From assembly GCA_963727805.1 (NCBI GenBank), contig CAVSHF010000003.1:864001-928000 (forward strand): 64,000 nt of DNA. Direction: 5' to 3'. Shown one piece after another: positions 1 through 10,164 of the stretch. Each line of letters opens with the position of its first letter. Positions within the stretch are counted from its first letter, which is position 1. The translations under genes were made by a program, and so were the position numbers. Source of the stretch: an uncultured Nitrospiraceae bacterium. GTDB lineage: Bacteria; Nitrospirota; Thermodesulfovibrionia; Thermodesulfovibrionales; Dissulfurispiraceae. The notes below the pieces were generated by a model. The model searched no databases, had not been told where the DNA came from, and worked only from the letters and a program-made list of their open reading frames with translations.

Positions 1-107
1 TCGGCTCCATCGTACGCCCGCAATGTCTCGTAGCCTGTGGCCCTAAGAATGGCCTTAAAGAGCCTTTGGTTTGTTTCCTCATCATCTACGATTAGAATTC
101 TTCTCAC
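1..107 (-). CDS. Single-domain response regulator, N-terminal part (runs off window start)
   Basis: GTG start at 107 gives VRRILIVDDEETNQRLFKAILRATGYETLRAYDGAE, a close paralog of the RRs at 4154-4516 and 18261-18623. Confidence 0.85.
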   Translation of the reverse strand, partial: MRRILIVDDEETNQRLFKAILRATGYETLRAYDGA

Positions 108-109
108 TT

Positions 110-271
110 CTATGTTCCTGAGCGCATAGGTATTACAAATATGAAATTGCTCCTTTTGCCTGCTTCGCTGTCGACCCTAATCCTTCCGCCACGAAGCTCA
201 ACAAGCTTCTTGCATAAACTCAGGCCGAGACCGGTACTCTTGTATTTCCTTGTTAATCTCATATCAACCTG
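110..271 (-). pseudogene. Degenerate C-terminal HATPase fragment of a histidine kinase
   Basis: Translates [53 protein letters not shown]. It matches the C-termini at 4519 and 18626 but has substitutions in conserved G/H/W positions, and no upstream part is present. Confidence 0.8.
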
Positions 272-332
272 TGGGAACCTCTTATTTATATTTCAGTCCT
301 ACGTGACTAATAGAAGAGCGTCTACTTGAAAA

Positions 333-581
333 TTACCAAATGTAACTTGTTACGGTCTTGACGTCAAGGTTCATTATTACCGCAATCTCGTTGATATTCC
401 AGCCTTTGTTTTTCAAAAGCTGGGCTTTACCGCGATGCGAAAGTGTAACTTTGTCTTCTTTAGTTTCAATTGGTGGTTGTGGGACTGGCATTTGAGCGTG
501 TTGAGTCACATTGTGGTTGGCATCAGCTTGTTCCATTGTGTTATATTTTTGTGGCTCGATCCCAGAAATTAAAGATATCAT
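333..581 (-). CDS. Small hypothetical protein (82 aa) with DKVTLS motif and C-terminal HTH-like segment
   Basis: AGGAGG RBS before ATG at 581; GWNINEIAVIMNLDVKTVTSY looks HTH-like; sigma54 promoter upstream. Confidence 0.7.
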   Translation of the reverse strand: MISLISGIEPQKYNTMEQADANHNVTQHAQMPVPQPPIETKEDKVTLSHRGKAQLLKNKGWNINEIAVIMNLDVKTVTSYIW

Positions 582-634
582 CGCTCCAACCTCCTTTCCG
601 TTCACGCTCATAAGGTGTTGTCGACATTTATATA

Positions 635-651
635 AGCAAGAGACATGCCTA
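635..651 (-). promoter_or_regulatory. Sigma54 (-24/-12) promoter
   Basis: Minus strand TAGGCATGTCTCTTGCT = GG-N10-GC with TTGC at -12. Confidence 0.65.
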
Positions 652-812
652 ACAAAGATCTGTTGATTTTACAGAGGAATTAGCATGTGGATGAGATACG
701 GAGGTCTCGCAAGTTGCAATAGTAGAGCAATTTGCAATACTAAGAATTGTATTTAGCGGTGAATAGCATGAGGCTAAAGGTCGACTTAAACAGAGGTTGC
801 AACCCCAGAGGA

Positions 813-2174
813 CTAGGCGTCCATTTGCTTAATCTTTCTGTGGAGGGTCGAGCAGTCGATCTGAAGAAGGGAGGCCGCTTCGGTCTTGTTGCCGGATGTG
901 ACTTCCAGAGCTTTTTTAATCGCAATCTGTTCAAGTTCCTTGAGTTTCAGAGTCGGAAGCTTGCGCTGAAGGAGTGGCGAGTAGATTTTGCTTCCGTATC
1001 CGCCTCCCATGAGGAATTCAAGGTGCTCCGCCGTTATAACATCGCTTTCGGCGATGAGCACAGCGCGGCGCATGACATTCTTGAGTTCCCGAACATTGCC
1101 GGGCCATAAATGTCTCTTAAGTTGGTCGATCGCTTCACCCGAGATCTCCCGCATCGGCTTATTGAGCTCGGCAGCCACTTCGAGCATGAAGTTGCGGCTG
1201 AGATACGCTATATCATCGATCCTTTCCCTAAGCGGTGGTATGTCAATCGTGAACTCGCAGAGGCGGAAGAAGAGGTCTGACCTCAACTTATTTTCCTGCA
1301 TTGCCTTGCGGGCGTCAACATTTGTAGCCACAATTATACGAACATCTATTTCAACCGGCAGACGCGCCCCGATCGGAAAAATCTTCTTATCCTCCACGGC
1401 GTGCAAGAGTTTGCTCTGAGTATAAAGTGACACATTCTGGAGGTCATCGATCAGAATGGTTCCTCCAGCGGCAACTTCGAAAAATCCCTTTTTTTTATCG
1501 AGAGCTCCGGTAAATGCGCCCTTTTCGTGACCGAATAGTTCGCTTTCGACAAGCGTTTCAGGCATGCTGCCGACATCAACAGACACAAATGGGTTCAGCG
1601 AACGTTTGCTCATGTTATGAATCATGCGAGCAACCGTTGTCTTTCCAGTACCTGTTTCGCCCTGTATTATTATCGAAAAGTCCGTAAAAGCGACCTGTCT
1701 GATTTGCTCAATTACCTTTTTCATACCACTGCTGCTTCCGAGAAGGCTCTCAAGGGAGTTGTCGATAGCCGCATCCAGCTTCCTAAAGCCTCTGGAGAGC
1801 TTGCTCTTTTCCATCGCCCTGCTTATGATATTGGTGAGCGTGTCGAAATCGGGAGGTTTGACCATGAAATCATACGCGCCGATCTTGATTGCATTCACAG
1901 CATCCGAGACATCGGCATGAGCCGTTATTATTATAACCGGCATATCGCTGTCAAGGCTTTTCAGTTCACGTAGGGTTTCAAGCCCTCCCATCTTGGGCAT
2001 GCGCATATCGAGCAGCACTACCGAAGGCCTTTCCTTTGTGCACATCTCAAGAGCCTGCACTCCGTCATAAGCCTCTATCGTAGTCCAACCGTTCGATTCA
2101 ATGAGGGTCCTCATGATGACCCTCATTTTCCGATCGTCGTCTACGATAAGTATAGGATCTGGAGATGGATGCAT
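813..2174 (-). CDS. NtrC-family sigma54-dependent response regulator (REC-AAA+-Fis HTH)
   Basis: REC (ILIVDDD, LLDMRMP), Walker A GETGTGKT, GAFTGA, WPGNVREL, C-terminal HTH. Confidence 0.95.
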   Translation of the reverse strand: MHPSPDPILIVDDDRKMRVIMRTLIESNGWTTIEAYDGVQALEMCTKERPSVVLLDMRMPKMGGLETLRELKSLDSDMPVIIITAHADVSDAVNAIKIGAYDFMVKPPDFDTLTNIISRAMEKSKLSRGFRKLDAAIDNSLESLLGSSSGMKKVIEQIRQVAFTDFSIIIQGETGTGKTTVARMIHNMSKRSLNPFVSVDVGSMPETLVESELFGHEKGAFTGALDKKKGFFEVAAGGTILIDDLQNVSLYTQSKLLHAVEDKKIFPIGARLPVEIDVRIIVATNVDARKAMQENKLRSDLFFRLCEFTIDIPPLRERIDDIAYLSRNFMLEVAAELNKPMREISGEAIDQLKRHLWPGNVRELKNVMRRAVLIAESDVITAEHLEFLMGGGYGSKIYSPLLQRKLPTLKLKELEQIAIKKALEVTSGNKTEAASLLQIDCSTLHRKIKQMDA

Positions 2175-2219
2175 GCGTTTAAATATACCATACGGTCTTT
2201 ATAAATACTACACTCCTAT

Positions 2220-3544
2220 CACTAGTGTCCGGTTAAGAATCATATAGATTCAATTGGTTACGATTTACCATAGCATTTAATGCTGTGCCATTTTCCTGAA
2301 ACGCTTGCTGCAAGGGCATTTTCTCGAAGATGGTGACCGATAGGATCTGTAACAACGTATAGAGCGAAACATCGAGATTGAGCCTTTTCTTGATGATAGC
2401 GATAAGAACATAAACGGAAACAGCGATCCAGATTTGGGATTTGACGGCATTTTCTGAAATGCCGTAGAAACGCTTTATGCGAAGATGTTGCTTGATCCAT
2501 TTGAAGAACAGTTCGATCTGCCAGCGGCTCTTGTATAGTGAGCATATGGTCAATGCTGGCAAGGTATGGTGATTGGTGAGAAACAGCAATGTTTTGCCGG
2601 ACTCCGCGTCTTTGAAACGGATGCGGCGCAGATGGCCCGGAAAGTGTCTGCTGCTGTAATAACCATTCATGGCGATGGTCTGATCGCAGATCACGCCTGT
2701 AGTTCGATCTGCAGAGGCGGAATAAAGTCTTCTGGCATTCAGATTGGATTTGGCTCGGGTAACAAAAAAGCTGCCGGCCTGATGCAGGACATACAGACGC
2801 TCGAAGTCGAGATATGCTCGATCCATCACATAGAAGGCCCCGGCTTCTGGAATAAGCAGGTCCAGAACATTGATATCGTGAAGCTTGCCATCGGAGATAT
2901 GAATAAAGCTTGGGATAGAACCCCTGAGGTCCATCAGCGTATGAACTTTTACGGCAGCCTTGGCAGTCCGAAAAGGAGCCCAAGGAAACATCGACAGGCA
3001 GAGGTCTATGGTCGTAGAATCCAGAGCGTAGGCGGTATTGGAGATATCCACACCGAAGCTCTCTCCGGCATAGAGCTTTCTTGCTTGACCGATCAGCCGT
3101 TGAGCGAAGTCTGCGTAAATGCGCCAATCGCGAGATTCGTTGGCATCGGCCAGGGTCGAGCGACTGACTGGTCCTCGAAGGCCCATGTGATAAAGTTTTG
3201 CAGCTTGAGCCGACAAACAGGCTTCGATATCGCGGAGACTCTCCCGATAAGTAAGTTGCGCAAAAGCCATTATTCGAAATTGCTCGGCACAACGAAGACA
3301 GCGCACACGATGGTCGCCGCTGTATTTCTGAACAATACGATGAAAAGTGCTCCACGGGAGAACGTCCATAATCTGAGCAAAAAGGGTCTTGCCTGTATTC
3401 ATTGGTGCCTCCGGAACAACATGTTCCGAAACCATCACTGATATGCAGATGCAATTTCAAATCGACACCACCTTTTTTGCTCAGATTGCGATTGTTAATC
3501 ATATGCTTATGGGCTGCTTATTCATTTTTAACCGGACACTAATG
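2220..3544 (-). mobile_element. IS4-family insertion sequence, copy 1 (1325 bp)
   Basis: 17-bp TIRs CACTAGTGTCCGGTTAA / TTAACCGGACACTAATG; 9-bp target duplication CACTCCTAT at 2211-2219 and 3545-3553. Confidence 0.95.
2233..3402 (-). CDS. IS4-family DDE transposase
   Basis: DSTTI, MDRAY and YKSRWQIELFFKWIKQ (YREK) motifs; ATG at 3402 follows GGAGG. Confidence 0.95.
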   Translation of the reverse strand: MNTGKTLFAQIMDVLPWSTFHRIVQKYSGDHRVRCLRCAEQFRIMAFAQLTYRESLRDIEACLSAQAAKLYHMGLRGPVSRSTLADANESRDWRIYADFAQRLIGQARKLYAGESFGVDISNTAYALDSTTIDLCLSMFPWAPFRTAKAAVKVHTLMDLRGSIPSFIHISDGKLHDINVLDLLIPEAGAFYVMDRAYLDFERLYVLHQAGSFFVTRAKSNLNARRLYSASADRTTGVICDQTIAMNGYYSSRHFPGHLRRIRFKDAESGKTLLFLTNHHTLPALTICSLYKSRWQIELFFKWIKQHLRIKRFYGISENAVKSQIWIAVSVYVLIAIIKKRLNLDVSLYTLLQILSVTIFEKMPLQQAFQENGTALNAMVNRNQLNLYDS

Positions 3545-3728
3545 CACTCCTATGGGTACTAAAGTTACTCACATAAAAATGTTAACGGCTGGAATTATTA
3601 TTAGGGAAAGGGGATTTGCCGGTACCCGTCTGCCCGACCACATGCCGTAGGTCTCGTGGTTGCCGCGCATTGGGAAGAAGCCTTATGCACTTGGTCAACT
3701 GAGATCCGCATATCGCCGGAAAGAGCAA

Positions 3729-3929
3729 TTACCGCATTGCGATGGACAGGCGGGAATCAATCAGCAACCCTGCCAGACAGCATCTGCATACCCTTACTCC
3801 GCTGATGTCCGGAAGGAACAAGTCGAGGATAATAACATCTGGATCATAAAGTCTGGCCTTCTCGATGCCCGCCGCGTCGCTCGAAGCGGTCTCGCAGGCA
3901 TATCCGTAACTGGAGATATTGGCGGACAT
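3729..3929 (-). pseudogene. Degenerate receiver-domain fragment
   Basis: GYACETASSDAAGIEKARLYDPDVIILDLFLPDISGVRVC is REC-like but truncated. Confidence 0.6.
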
Positions 3930-4153
3930 GATTCTTTTGCATCATGTCGTCTTCGATTATGAGGATCTTGGGTTGAGAAAGTTTTCCGGTTTCTTGTAAA
4001 AGCATAGGTTGTTATGTTCCTTTTATTAAAAATACACCTGGATGTTGGGGCAAAAATATCAAAATTAAGTGTGGCTAAAGTTATAATCCCCGTGATCAGA
4101 CAAGCAAGCAAAGCGGTCATCAACTTTAACCGCCAAGGGTTGATACGATTCCC

Positions 4154-4516
4154 TCAGCTGCAATAAGAGTTAACCAACTCTACAAATTCAGGTATGGATA
4201 TTGGTTTGGCGATGTAATCTTTAAATCCAAGCGATAAGAACTTCTCCCTGTCGCCACTCATGGCGTAGGATGTTAGCGCTATGACAGGGATGTTTCTGGT
4301 TAACAGTTCAGACTGCAATATCTTAAATGCCTCTATCCCATCAATCTCTGGGACTTGAATGTCCATTAGGATAAGATCTGGCTGAGATTCCTTTGCAATT
4401 TTCACACCCTCGGCTCCGTCGTAGGCCTGTAATGTCTCGTATCCTTTTGCTTCAAGAATGGCTTGAAGTAACCTTTGGTTCGTTTCCTCATCATCTACGA
4501 TTAGAATTCTCCTCAC
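4154..4516 (-). CDS. Single-domain response regulator (DivK/CheY-like)
   Basis: GTG at 4516 directly after the HK stop; ILIVDD, LMDIQVP, ALTSYAM, IAKP. Confidence 0.9.
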   Translation of the reverse strand: MRRILIVDDEETNQRLLQAILEAKGYETLQAYDGAEGVKIAKESQPDLILMDIQVPEIDGIEAFKILQSELLTRNIPVIALTSYAMSGDREKFLSLGFKDYIAKPISIPEFVELVNSYCS

Positions 4517-4518
4517 TG

Positions 4519-7317
4519 TTATGCTCCGGGGCGCATAGGTATTACAAATATGAAGTTGCTCCCTTTGCCTGCTTCGCTCTCGACCCAGATCCTCCCGCCG
4601 TGAAGCTCCACAATTCTTTTGCATAAACTCAGGCCCAGACCAGTACCCTTGTATTTTCTTGTTAATCTCGTATCAACCTGCTGAAATGGCTTGAAGAGTT
4701 TATTTTGATCTTCATGGGATATTCCCATTCCATTGTCACTGACGGAGTATTTCAAGAATTCCTTATCATCAGTCAAGGTCGCCCCTACATGAATTTCCCC
4801 GCCCTCGCGTGTGAATTTCACTGCATTGCCCAGAAGATTGAACAATACCTGTTTTATTTTCCTTTCGTCACCAATCATTGTATCCAAGCCCTGTGCAATT
4901 TCGAAGGTCATCTCAAGACTTTGCTTGAATGCCTTTTCCTTAAATAAGGCAATGCTGGTTTCAATAAGTCTTTCTATGTTGAACTCCTTAATCTCCAGCT
5001 CCATCTTGCCGGCTTCCACCTTTGACAAATCAAGAATGTCATTAACTAAGCTGAGCAGGTGTTGTCCACTCGTGAATATATCGGCAACGTACTCTTTCTG
5101 TTGATTCGTTAGCGGCCCGCCCATTCCGAGCGACATCAGCTCGGCAAAACCAATGACGGCATTCAGCGGTGTCCTAAATTCATGGCTCATGCTCGCTAAA
5201 AAATCAGACTTGGCTTCGTTGGCCGCTTCGGCCGCTTCCTTCATCACTTTCGCGTCCATAGCCTCCTTGAATTCCGTGATGTCTTCGGCAATTCCTGCGA
5301 TGCGGTAGGCATGCCCTCTCGAATCCTTCACCTGAAACCCTCGAGCATGTATCCATCGAATCGATCCATCAGGCTGTATTATTCTATATTCTAAGGTGAA
5401 GTTGGCTCGCCTCGCACCTTTAGTGATTATTCCCACAGCCTTTTTGCGATCATCGGGATGAATTCCATCAATAAAAGATTTCGGGTCTTCATAGAGAGAT
5501 TTGCATGTACGTCCCCATACCCTTTCATAAGCAGGACTGATATAAATTATCGTCTCCAAATCGGGAGAAACCATCCAAAAAACTTCATTTATATTTTCAG
5601 TCAACTGACGAAATATTTGTTCGCTCGCTTTAAGGGCGGTCTCTGCCTCATGTTGCCGTACTTTTCCATCAAGATTCTCCAAGGCAAAGGAGATGTCTGT
5701 GGCAGCTTCCTTAAGCAGAGCGATTTCCTTGTCCCGAAAAATGCCCGATTCACTGTCATAAACTGCAAAGGCACCGCAGACTTCTTGCTTAAAGTGAATT
5801 GGGAAGGCGGCAACCGCTCGAAGTCCATGTGACGCCGCGGCCTGATGCCAAGGCGCTGACAGCTTGCTATTCTGAAAATCGTTGAACATACAAGGTCTGT
5901 CCTCGCGTATGCACGTCCCGACGGGACCATGTCCTTGGGGCCTGTCGTCAGTATAGACCTTGATTTTGTCGAGATACTCTTGTCCGTCCCCGGCGCGCCC
6001 GACAGGCTTGACCTCATGGCTCTCACGGTCGTGCCAGCCGATCCACACCACCTTGAAGCCTGTATGTTCGGCTGTAGCGCTACAGATTTCTTGGAACAAT
6101 TCCTCGCGCGACTTGACGCGAACAACAGCCTTATTTATGCCACTCATAGTTGCGTAAAGCTTATTTAGTCGTTCTATTTCCTGTTCGTGTGCCTTACGCT
6201 CCGTGACATCCCGCATAACATGCACCGAATATAGGCACTTGCCTTTCACATCGAATTTGGGATACATCCACACACTAAAAGTCTTCCCTAGCGAATCTAT
6301 TACAATCTCTGTACTCTGGGGTTTACCAGAAATCGCCACATCGCTGCATAGTTCATGAGGGCCGTCAGTCTTTGGGAATATATCGTAATAGGGTCTACCG
6401 ACAAATTCGCCGTATGGCAGACCTGCCATTTCTTCATAGGCCCTGTTCGCCCTTATTATCTTGTGATCACTATCATGACTGAAAATGATATCTGAGATGG
6501 CATCAAAGGTGTCCTCCCATTCTTCTTTTGCCTTAATTATTATCTCCTCCGTCTTTTTGCGCTCTGTGATATCCCGGATGATGGCCCACATGCCGGAAGG
6601 GCGCCCGGCATCATCCTTGAGCAGAACCGTTCGGAGTTCGGCGGCAATTACGGTTCCATCCTTCCGCCAGTACTCCTTCCGGTATATATCCGAGTACCCA
6701 CGCGATAGTACCTGCTGATCTATAATCCGGGCCTCTAAGTCATGCCAGCGTTTGGGAGTGACATCGACATAGGTCAGATGGCACATCTCCTCTGCCGTAT
6801 ATCCGAGCATATCCAGGAAAACGCCATTGCAATCAATGATTCGACCGGACATGTCGACTTGGGCGAATGCGTCCATCATGCTTTTGTAGAGTTGCCGGTA
6901 TTTAGCCTCCGATTGGCGCAGTGTCTCTTCCGACTGTTTGCGCTCAATCGCATATTTAATTGAGCGCACGAGGAGGTTCTTGTCTATCTGCCCCTTGACA
7001 AGATAATCCTGGGCGCCATGCTGGATTGCGGCCAACGCCACTCGCTCGTCACTGTTTCCGGTAAGCACGACTATGGGCAAACGAGAAGCTTCCTGCCGCA
7101 TGGTGCGGAGCGTGGCCAGCCCATCGCTGTCGGGGAGATTGAGATCTAGAATAAGAATGTCAAACCGGTCCCCTCCGACACATTTGAGCGCCTCTGAAAG
7201 CCGTGCTACACACTCGACTTCGAACAGCGTAGGGCCATCCCTCGGCAACAGCTCTGCTATCAGGTCTGCGTCGCCAGGGTTATCCTCGACAAGCAGAACT
7301 CGCAACAGATCGCTCAT
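4519..7317 (-). CDS. Hybrid sensor histidine kinase (REC-PAS-PAS-GAF-PAS-HisKA-HATPase)
   Basis: N-terminal REC; H-box [11 protein letters not shown] box [11 protein letters not shown] boxes GTGLGL. Confidence 0.95.
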   Translation of the reverse strand: MSDLLRVLLVEDNPGDADLIAELLPRDGPTLFEVECVARLSEALKCVGGDRFDILILDLNLPDSDGLATLRTMRQEASRLPIVVLTGNSDERVALAAIQHGAQDYLVKGQIDKNLLVRSIKYAIERKQSEETLRQSEAKYRQLYKSMMDAFAQVDMSGRIIDCNGVFLDMLGYTAEEMCHLTYVDVTPKRWHDLEARIIDQQVLSRGYSDIYRKEYWRKDGTVIAAELRTVLLKDDAGRPSGMWAIIRDITERKKTEEIIIKAKEEWEDTFDAISDIIFSHDSDHKIIRANRAYEEMAGLPYGEFVGRPYYDIFPKTDGPHELCSDVAISGKPQSTEIVIDSLGKTFSVWMYPKFDVKGKCLYSVHVMRDVTERKAHEQEIERLNKLYATMSGINKAVVRVKSREELFQEICSATAEHTGFKVVWIGWHDRESHEVKPVGRAGDGQEYLDKIKVYTDDRPQGHGPVGTCIREDRPCMFNDFQNSKLSAPWHQAAASHGLRAVAAFPIHFKQEVCGAFAVYDSESGIFRDKEIALLKEAATDISFALENLDGKVRQHEAETALKASEQIFRQLTENINEVFWMVSPDLETIIYISPAYERVWGRTCKSLYEDPKSFIDGIHPDDRKKAVGIITKGARRANFTLEYRIIQPDGSIRWIHARGFQVKDSRGHAYRIAGIAEDITEFKEAMDAKVMKEAAEAANEAKSDFLASMSHEFRTPLNAVIGFAELMSLGMGGPLTNQQKEYVADIFTSGQHLLSLVNDILDLSKVEAGKMELEIKEFNIERLIETSIALFKEKAFKQSLEMTFEIAQGLDTMIGDERKIKQVLFNLLGNAVKFTREGGEIHVGATLTDDKEFLKYSVSDNGMGISHEDQNKLFKPFQQVDTRLTRKYKGTGLGLSLCKRIVELHGGRIWVESEAGKGSNFIFVIPMRPGA

Positions 7318-7772
7318 TTCTTTGCTCCGTTAGGAGGCAAAACAACAATACTCAGCCAGAAGTCCTCGATCGACCTTACCACATTCAGAAACTGGTTCAG
7401 GTCAATGGGTTTTGTGATGTAACAATTGCAATGCAGATTATAGCTTTTGATGACGTCTTCCTCTGACCGTGAAGTGGTGAGTATGACCACAGGTATTCGC
7501 CTGAGGTCATCGTCTGCCTTGATTTCGGCCAGTACCTGCTTGCCGTCCTTTTTGGGAATGTTCAGATCGAGCAGAATCAGGTCGGGTCGTGACACTTTGG
7601 CATACAATCCATCCTGGCGAAGATACGCCATGGCCTTTTCGCCATCGTCAACGACATTCAGTATGTTGTTGAACTTACTCCCCTCCAGGGCTTCGCGCGC
7701 CAGGTCCGCATCACCCGGGTTGTCCTCCACCAGGAGGATTTCGATAGGCTTGACCAGTCGATGGTTGCTCAT
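7314..7772 (-). CDS. Response regulator, Rcp1-like
   Basis: [35 protein letters not shown]. Confidence 0.92.
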   Translation of the reverse strand: MSNHRLVKPIEILLVEDNPGDADLAREALEGSKFNNILNVVDDGEKAMAYLRQDGLYAKVSRPDLILLDLNIPKKDGKQVLAEIKADDDLRRIPVVILTTSRSEEDVIKSYNLHCNCYITKPIDLNQFLNVVRSIEDFWLSIVVLPPNGAKK

Positions 7773-7787
7773 TAATGTTCTCTCCTT

Positions 7788-10154
7788 TCATTTGAGCAAA
7801 GTAAAATAGAACGTGGACCCCTTGCCGGGTTCGGACTCGTACCATATCCTGCCGCCGTGGTGCTCCACGATTCGTTTGCAGATCGCAAGCCCGATGCCGG
7901 TCCCCGGGTATTCCTGCTTGGTGTGCAAGCGCTGGAAAATAACGAACACCTTATCGGCATACTTCTCGTCGATGCCAATGCCGTTGTCATGCACTGAGAA
8001 GCGCCACTCGCTGCCGAGATCGCGGGCCGAAACATGGATGCGCGGCAAATCGGCACAACGGAATTTGATGGCATTACCAATCAGGTTTTGAAACAGCTGG
8101 CTCAATTGGGTCGCGTCGGCGCGCACCATAGGCAAATCGTCGTTGATGACGATGGCCCGATTCTCCTTGATGGTGGCAGACAGGTTTTGCAGTGCCGCTC
8201 CGAGCACCGAGTACGAGTCAATCGTTTCGAAGGGTTTCCTCTGCGTGTTCACGCGTGAGTACGTCAGCAGGTCGTTGATGAGCCCCTGCATGCGCACTGC
8301 GCCGTCCACAGCGTAGTCGATATACTTCTTTGCCTTCTCGTCGAACTGGTCCTCGTAACGCTGGGCAAGAAGCTGCGTATAACTCGATATCATCCTGAGC
8401 GGTTCCTGTAAATCATGCGAGGCAACGTAGGCGAACTGTTCAAGTTCCTTGTTGGAGCGTTCCAGGTCAGCCAGAACACTCATAAGTCTCTCCTCCGCCT
8501 GCTTCAGCACAGAGATATCGGTATTGGTGCCGAACCACCGGAGAACCTGGCCAGCCGAATCCTTCAATGGTAGCACCCGCGTCAGGAAGGTGCGGAATAC
8601 CCCGTCGGCTCCAAGCAGCGGGAATTCCATGTCAAACGGCTCGCCAGTGACAATCGACATCTTCCACCGCTCTAGGACCTGTGGCAGCATCTTTGGATCA
8701 TGTACGCTTTGCCAGCCCCAGCCTTCCATCTGCTCCGGTGTCGTGCCAGTATACTCATACCAGCGCTGGTTATACCATGTGATATAGCCATCTCCGTTTG
8801 CCCACCACGCAAGGTTGGGGATGGAATCAGCCAAACTGCGAAACTGCTCCCCGCTCCTCAGCAGCGCCTCTTCGGCCCGCTTGCGCTCGACGATCTCCCA
8901 GGCTACATCGGCCAGATAAGTGACCTGATTGACATCCTGTTCAGTGTACTCATGCGGCTTATTCCCCACGCCGAGGATGGCCACGATACGTTCGCCACGA
9001 AGAATCGGGACGACAAGTTCGCGGATCACATATACATGCCCTTCGGGCAGCCCTTTTCGGTGGGGGAGGGAGGCGTAATCGTTGTGGATCACCGGTTTGC
9101 GCTGTCGGACGCAATCGACCCAGACACCAGCCTTGTCCATGCTGTAATGAATTCCTTTCCCTTCGGCCTTGCAGAACCGCTCGAGCGTCAACGTAGACCA
9201 TGCTTGCAGCGAGAGGGTGTTCTGGTCGGGTTCGACGAAATGATAGAAGCCGATGGGGCTATCAACAAGTCGTCCAACCTCATCCAGGGTTTTGCGGAGC
9301 AGTTCCTCCAGAGTGTGCTTTATGGCATACTCAAACAGCATCATCCGGACCTGTATAAGTTCTTCCGTACGCTTGCGCCGCTCGATTTCCTTCTCCAAAT
9401 GGTCCACGGAGGTATACGATAGCTTCAGTTTGGCCGCCATTTCATTGCTCGCCAGGGCAAGACCGGAAAGCTCATCATCTCCCTCCACACTAATACAATA
9501 ATCAAGATCACCGGCCCCGATGATATCGACCCCTTTGCTAAGCGCCGCAATTCGTTCCGACAATATCCTATTGACAAAGACTGAATTTATAATGATCGCA
9601 ACAACACCGCAAATAATTGTAAGGATAATCGCAAGAAGCTCTCTGTCCTGCGCGGTTGTCCTTTTTCTTAGGGCTAATTCATGCAGCCTGCCGATGTTGT
9701 CACTCAAGGAATAAGCCTTCAGAAATACCTGCCCGATCAGCCTCGACTCGGCCTCGTTAAAATCAAAACCAATCTTTGCGACTCGTCCCTCTGTCTTATC
9801 CTTCTCCATAAATTGGCGAAATGAAGACAACGTGGCGTCAAAATCTTTCCGCGTGTCTACCAGCAAGGCTTTGTCCTCACTGCTTGTAAGTTGTTTAGAG
9901 GCAGTTTCAAATAATTCTCTGAGAATCTCGGACTTTGCATACCACTGGATTCTCGCACGCTCTTCCTGATATAGAAGATAATCATCCCTCAGCGCGATTC
10001 TATCAAAAGCAACTATCCTCATTTGTTCGACCAGATCTATGTCCCGGTTTGACTTTGAAAGCTCCCGAAACGACCATGCAATCGAAAGCAGTACCAGGGC
10101 AAGGACACCCATGGAAATGTAGGTGTTGAGTCTCAGCCTCGTCTTGATCTTCAT
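7788..10154 (-). CDS. Membrane sensor histidine kinase (TM-periplasmic-TM-HAMP-GAF-PAS-HisKA-HATPase)
   Basis: Two hydrophobic helices, HAMP (GDDELSGLA), H-box ASHDLQEPLR, GTGIGLAIC; start MKIKTR at 10154 avoids overlap with the upstream gene. Confidence 0.92.
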   Translation of the reverse strand: MKIKTRLRLNTYISMGVLALVLLSIAWSFRELSKSNRDIDLVEQMRIVAFDRIALRDDYLLYQEERARIQWYAKSEILRELFETASKQLTSSEDKALLVDTRKDFDATLSSFRQFMEKDKTEGRVAKIGFDFNEAESRLIGQVFLKAYSLSDNIGRLHELALRKRTTAQDRELLAIILTIICGVVAIIINSVFVNRILSERIAALSKGVDIIGAGDLDYCISVEGDDELSGLALASNEMAAKLKLSYTSVDHLEKEIERRKRTEELIQVRMMLFEYAIKHTLEELLRKTLDEVGRLVDSPIGFYHFVEPDQNTLSLQAWSTLTLERFCKAEGKGIHYSMDKAGVWVDCVRQRKPVIHNDYASLPHRKGLPEGHVYVIRELVVPILRGERIVAILGVGNKPHEYTEQDVNQVTYLADVAWEIVERKRAEEALLRSGEQFRSLADSIPNLAWWANGDGYITWYNQRWYEYTGTTPEQMEGWGWQSVHDPKMLPQVLERWKMSIVTGEPFDMEFPLLGADGVFRTFLTRVLPLKDSAGQVLRWFGTNTDISVLKQAEERLMSVLADLERSNKELEQFAYVASHDLQEPLRMISSYTQLLAQRYEDQFDEKAKKYIDYAVDGAVRMQGLINDLLTYSRVNTQRKPFETIDSYSVLGAALQNLSATIKENRAIVINDDLPMVRADATQLSQLFQNLIGNAIKFRCADLPRIHVSARDLGSEWRFSVHDNGIGIDEKYADKVFVIFQRLHTKQEYPGTGIGLAICKRIVEHHGGRIWYESEPGKGSTFYFTLLK

Positions 10155-10164
10155 GACTCTACCA

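Noticed and set aside
2258..3502. 414-aa same-strand alternate-frame ORF (and a 291-aa antisense ORF) across the IS4 transposase, repeated at 30935-32179
   Set aside because: Ser/Arg/Cys-rich shadow composition with no motifs; its repetition only reflects the identical IS copies. The length is notable but there is no support for expression
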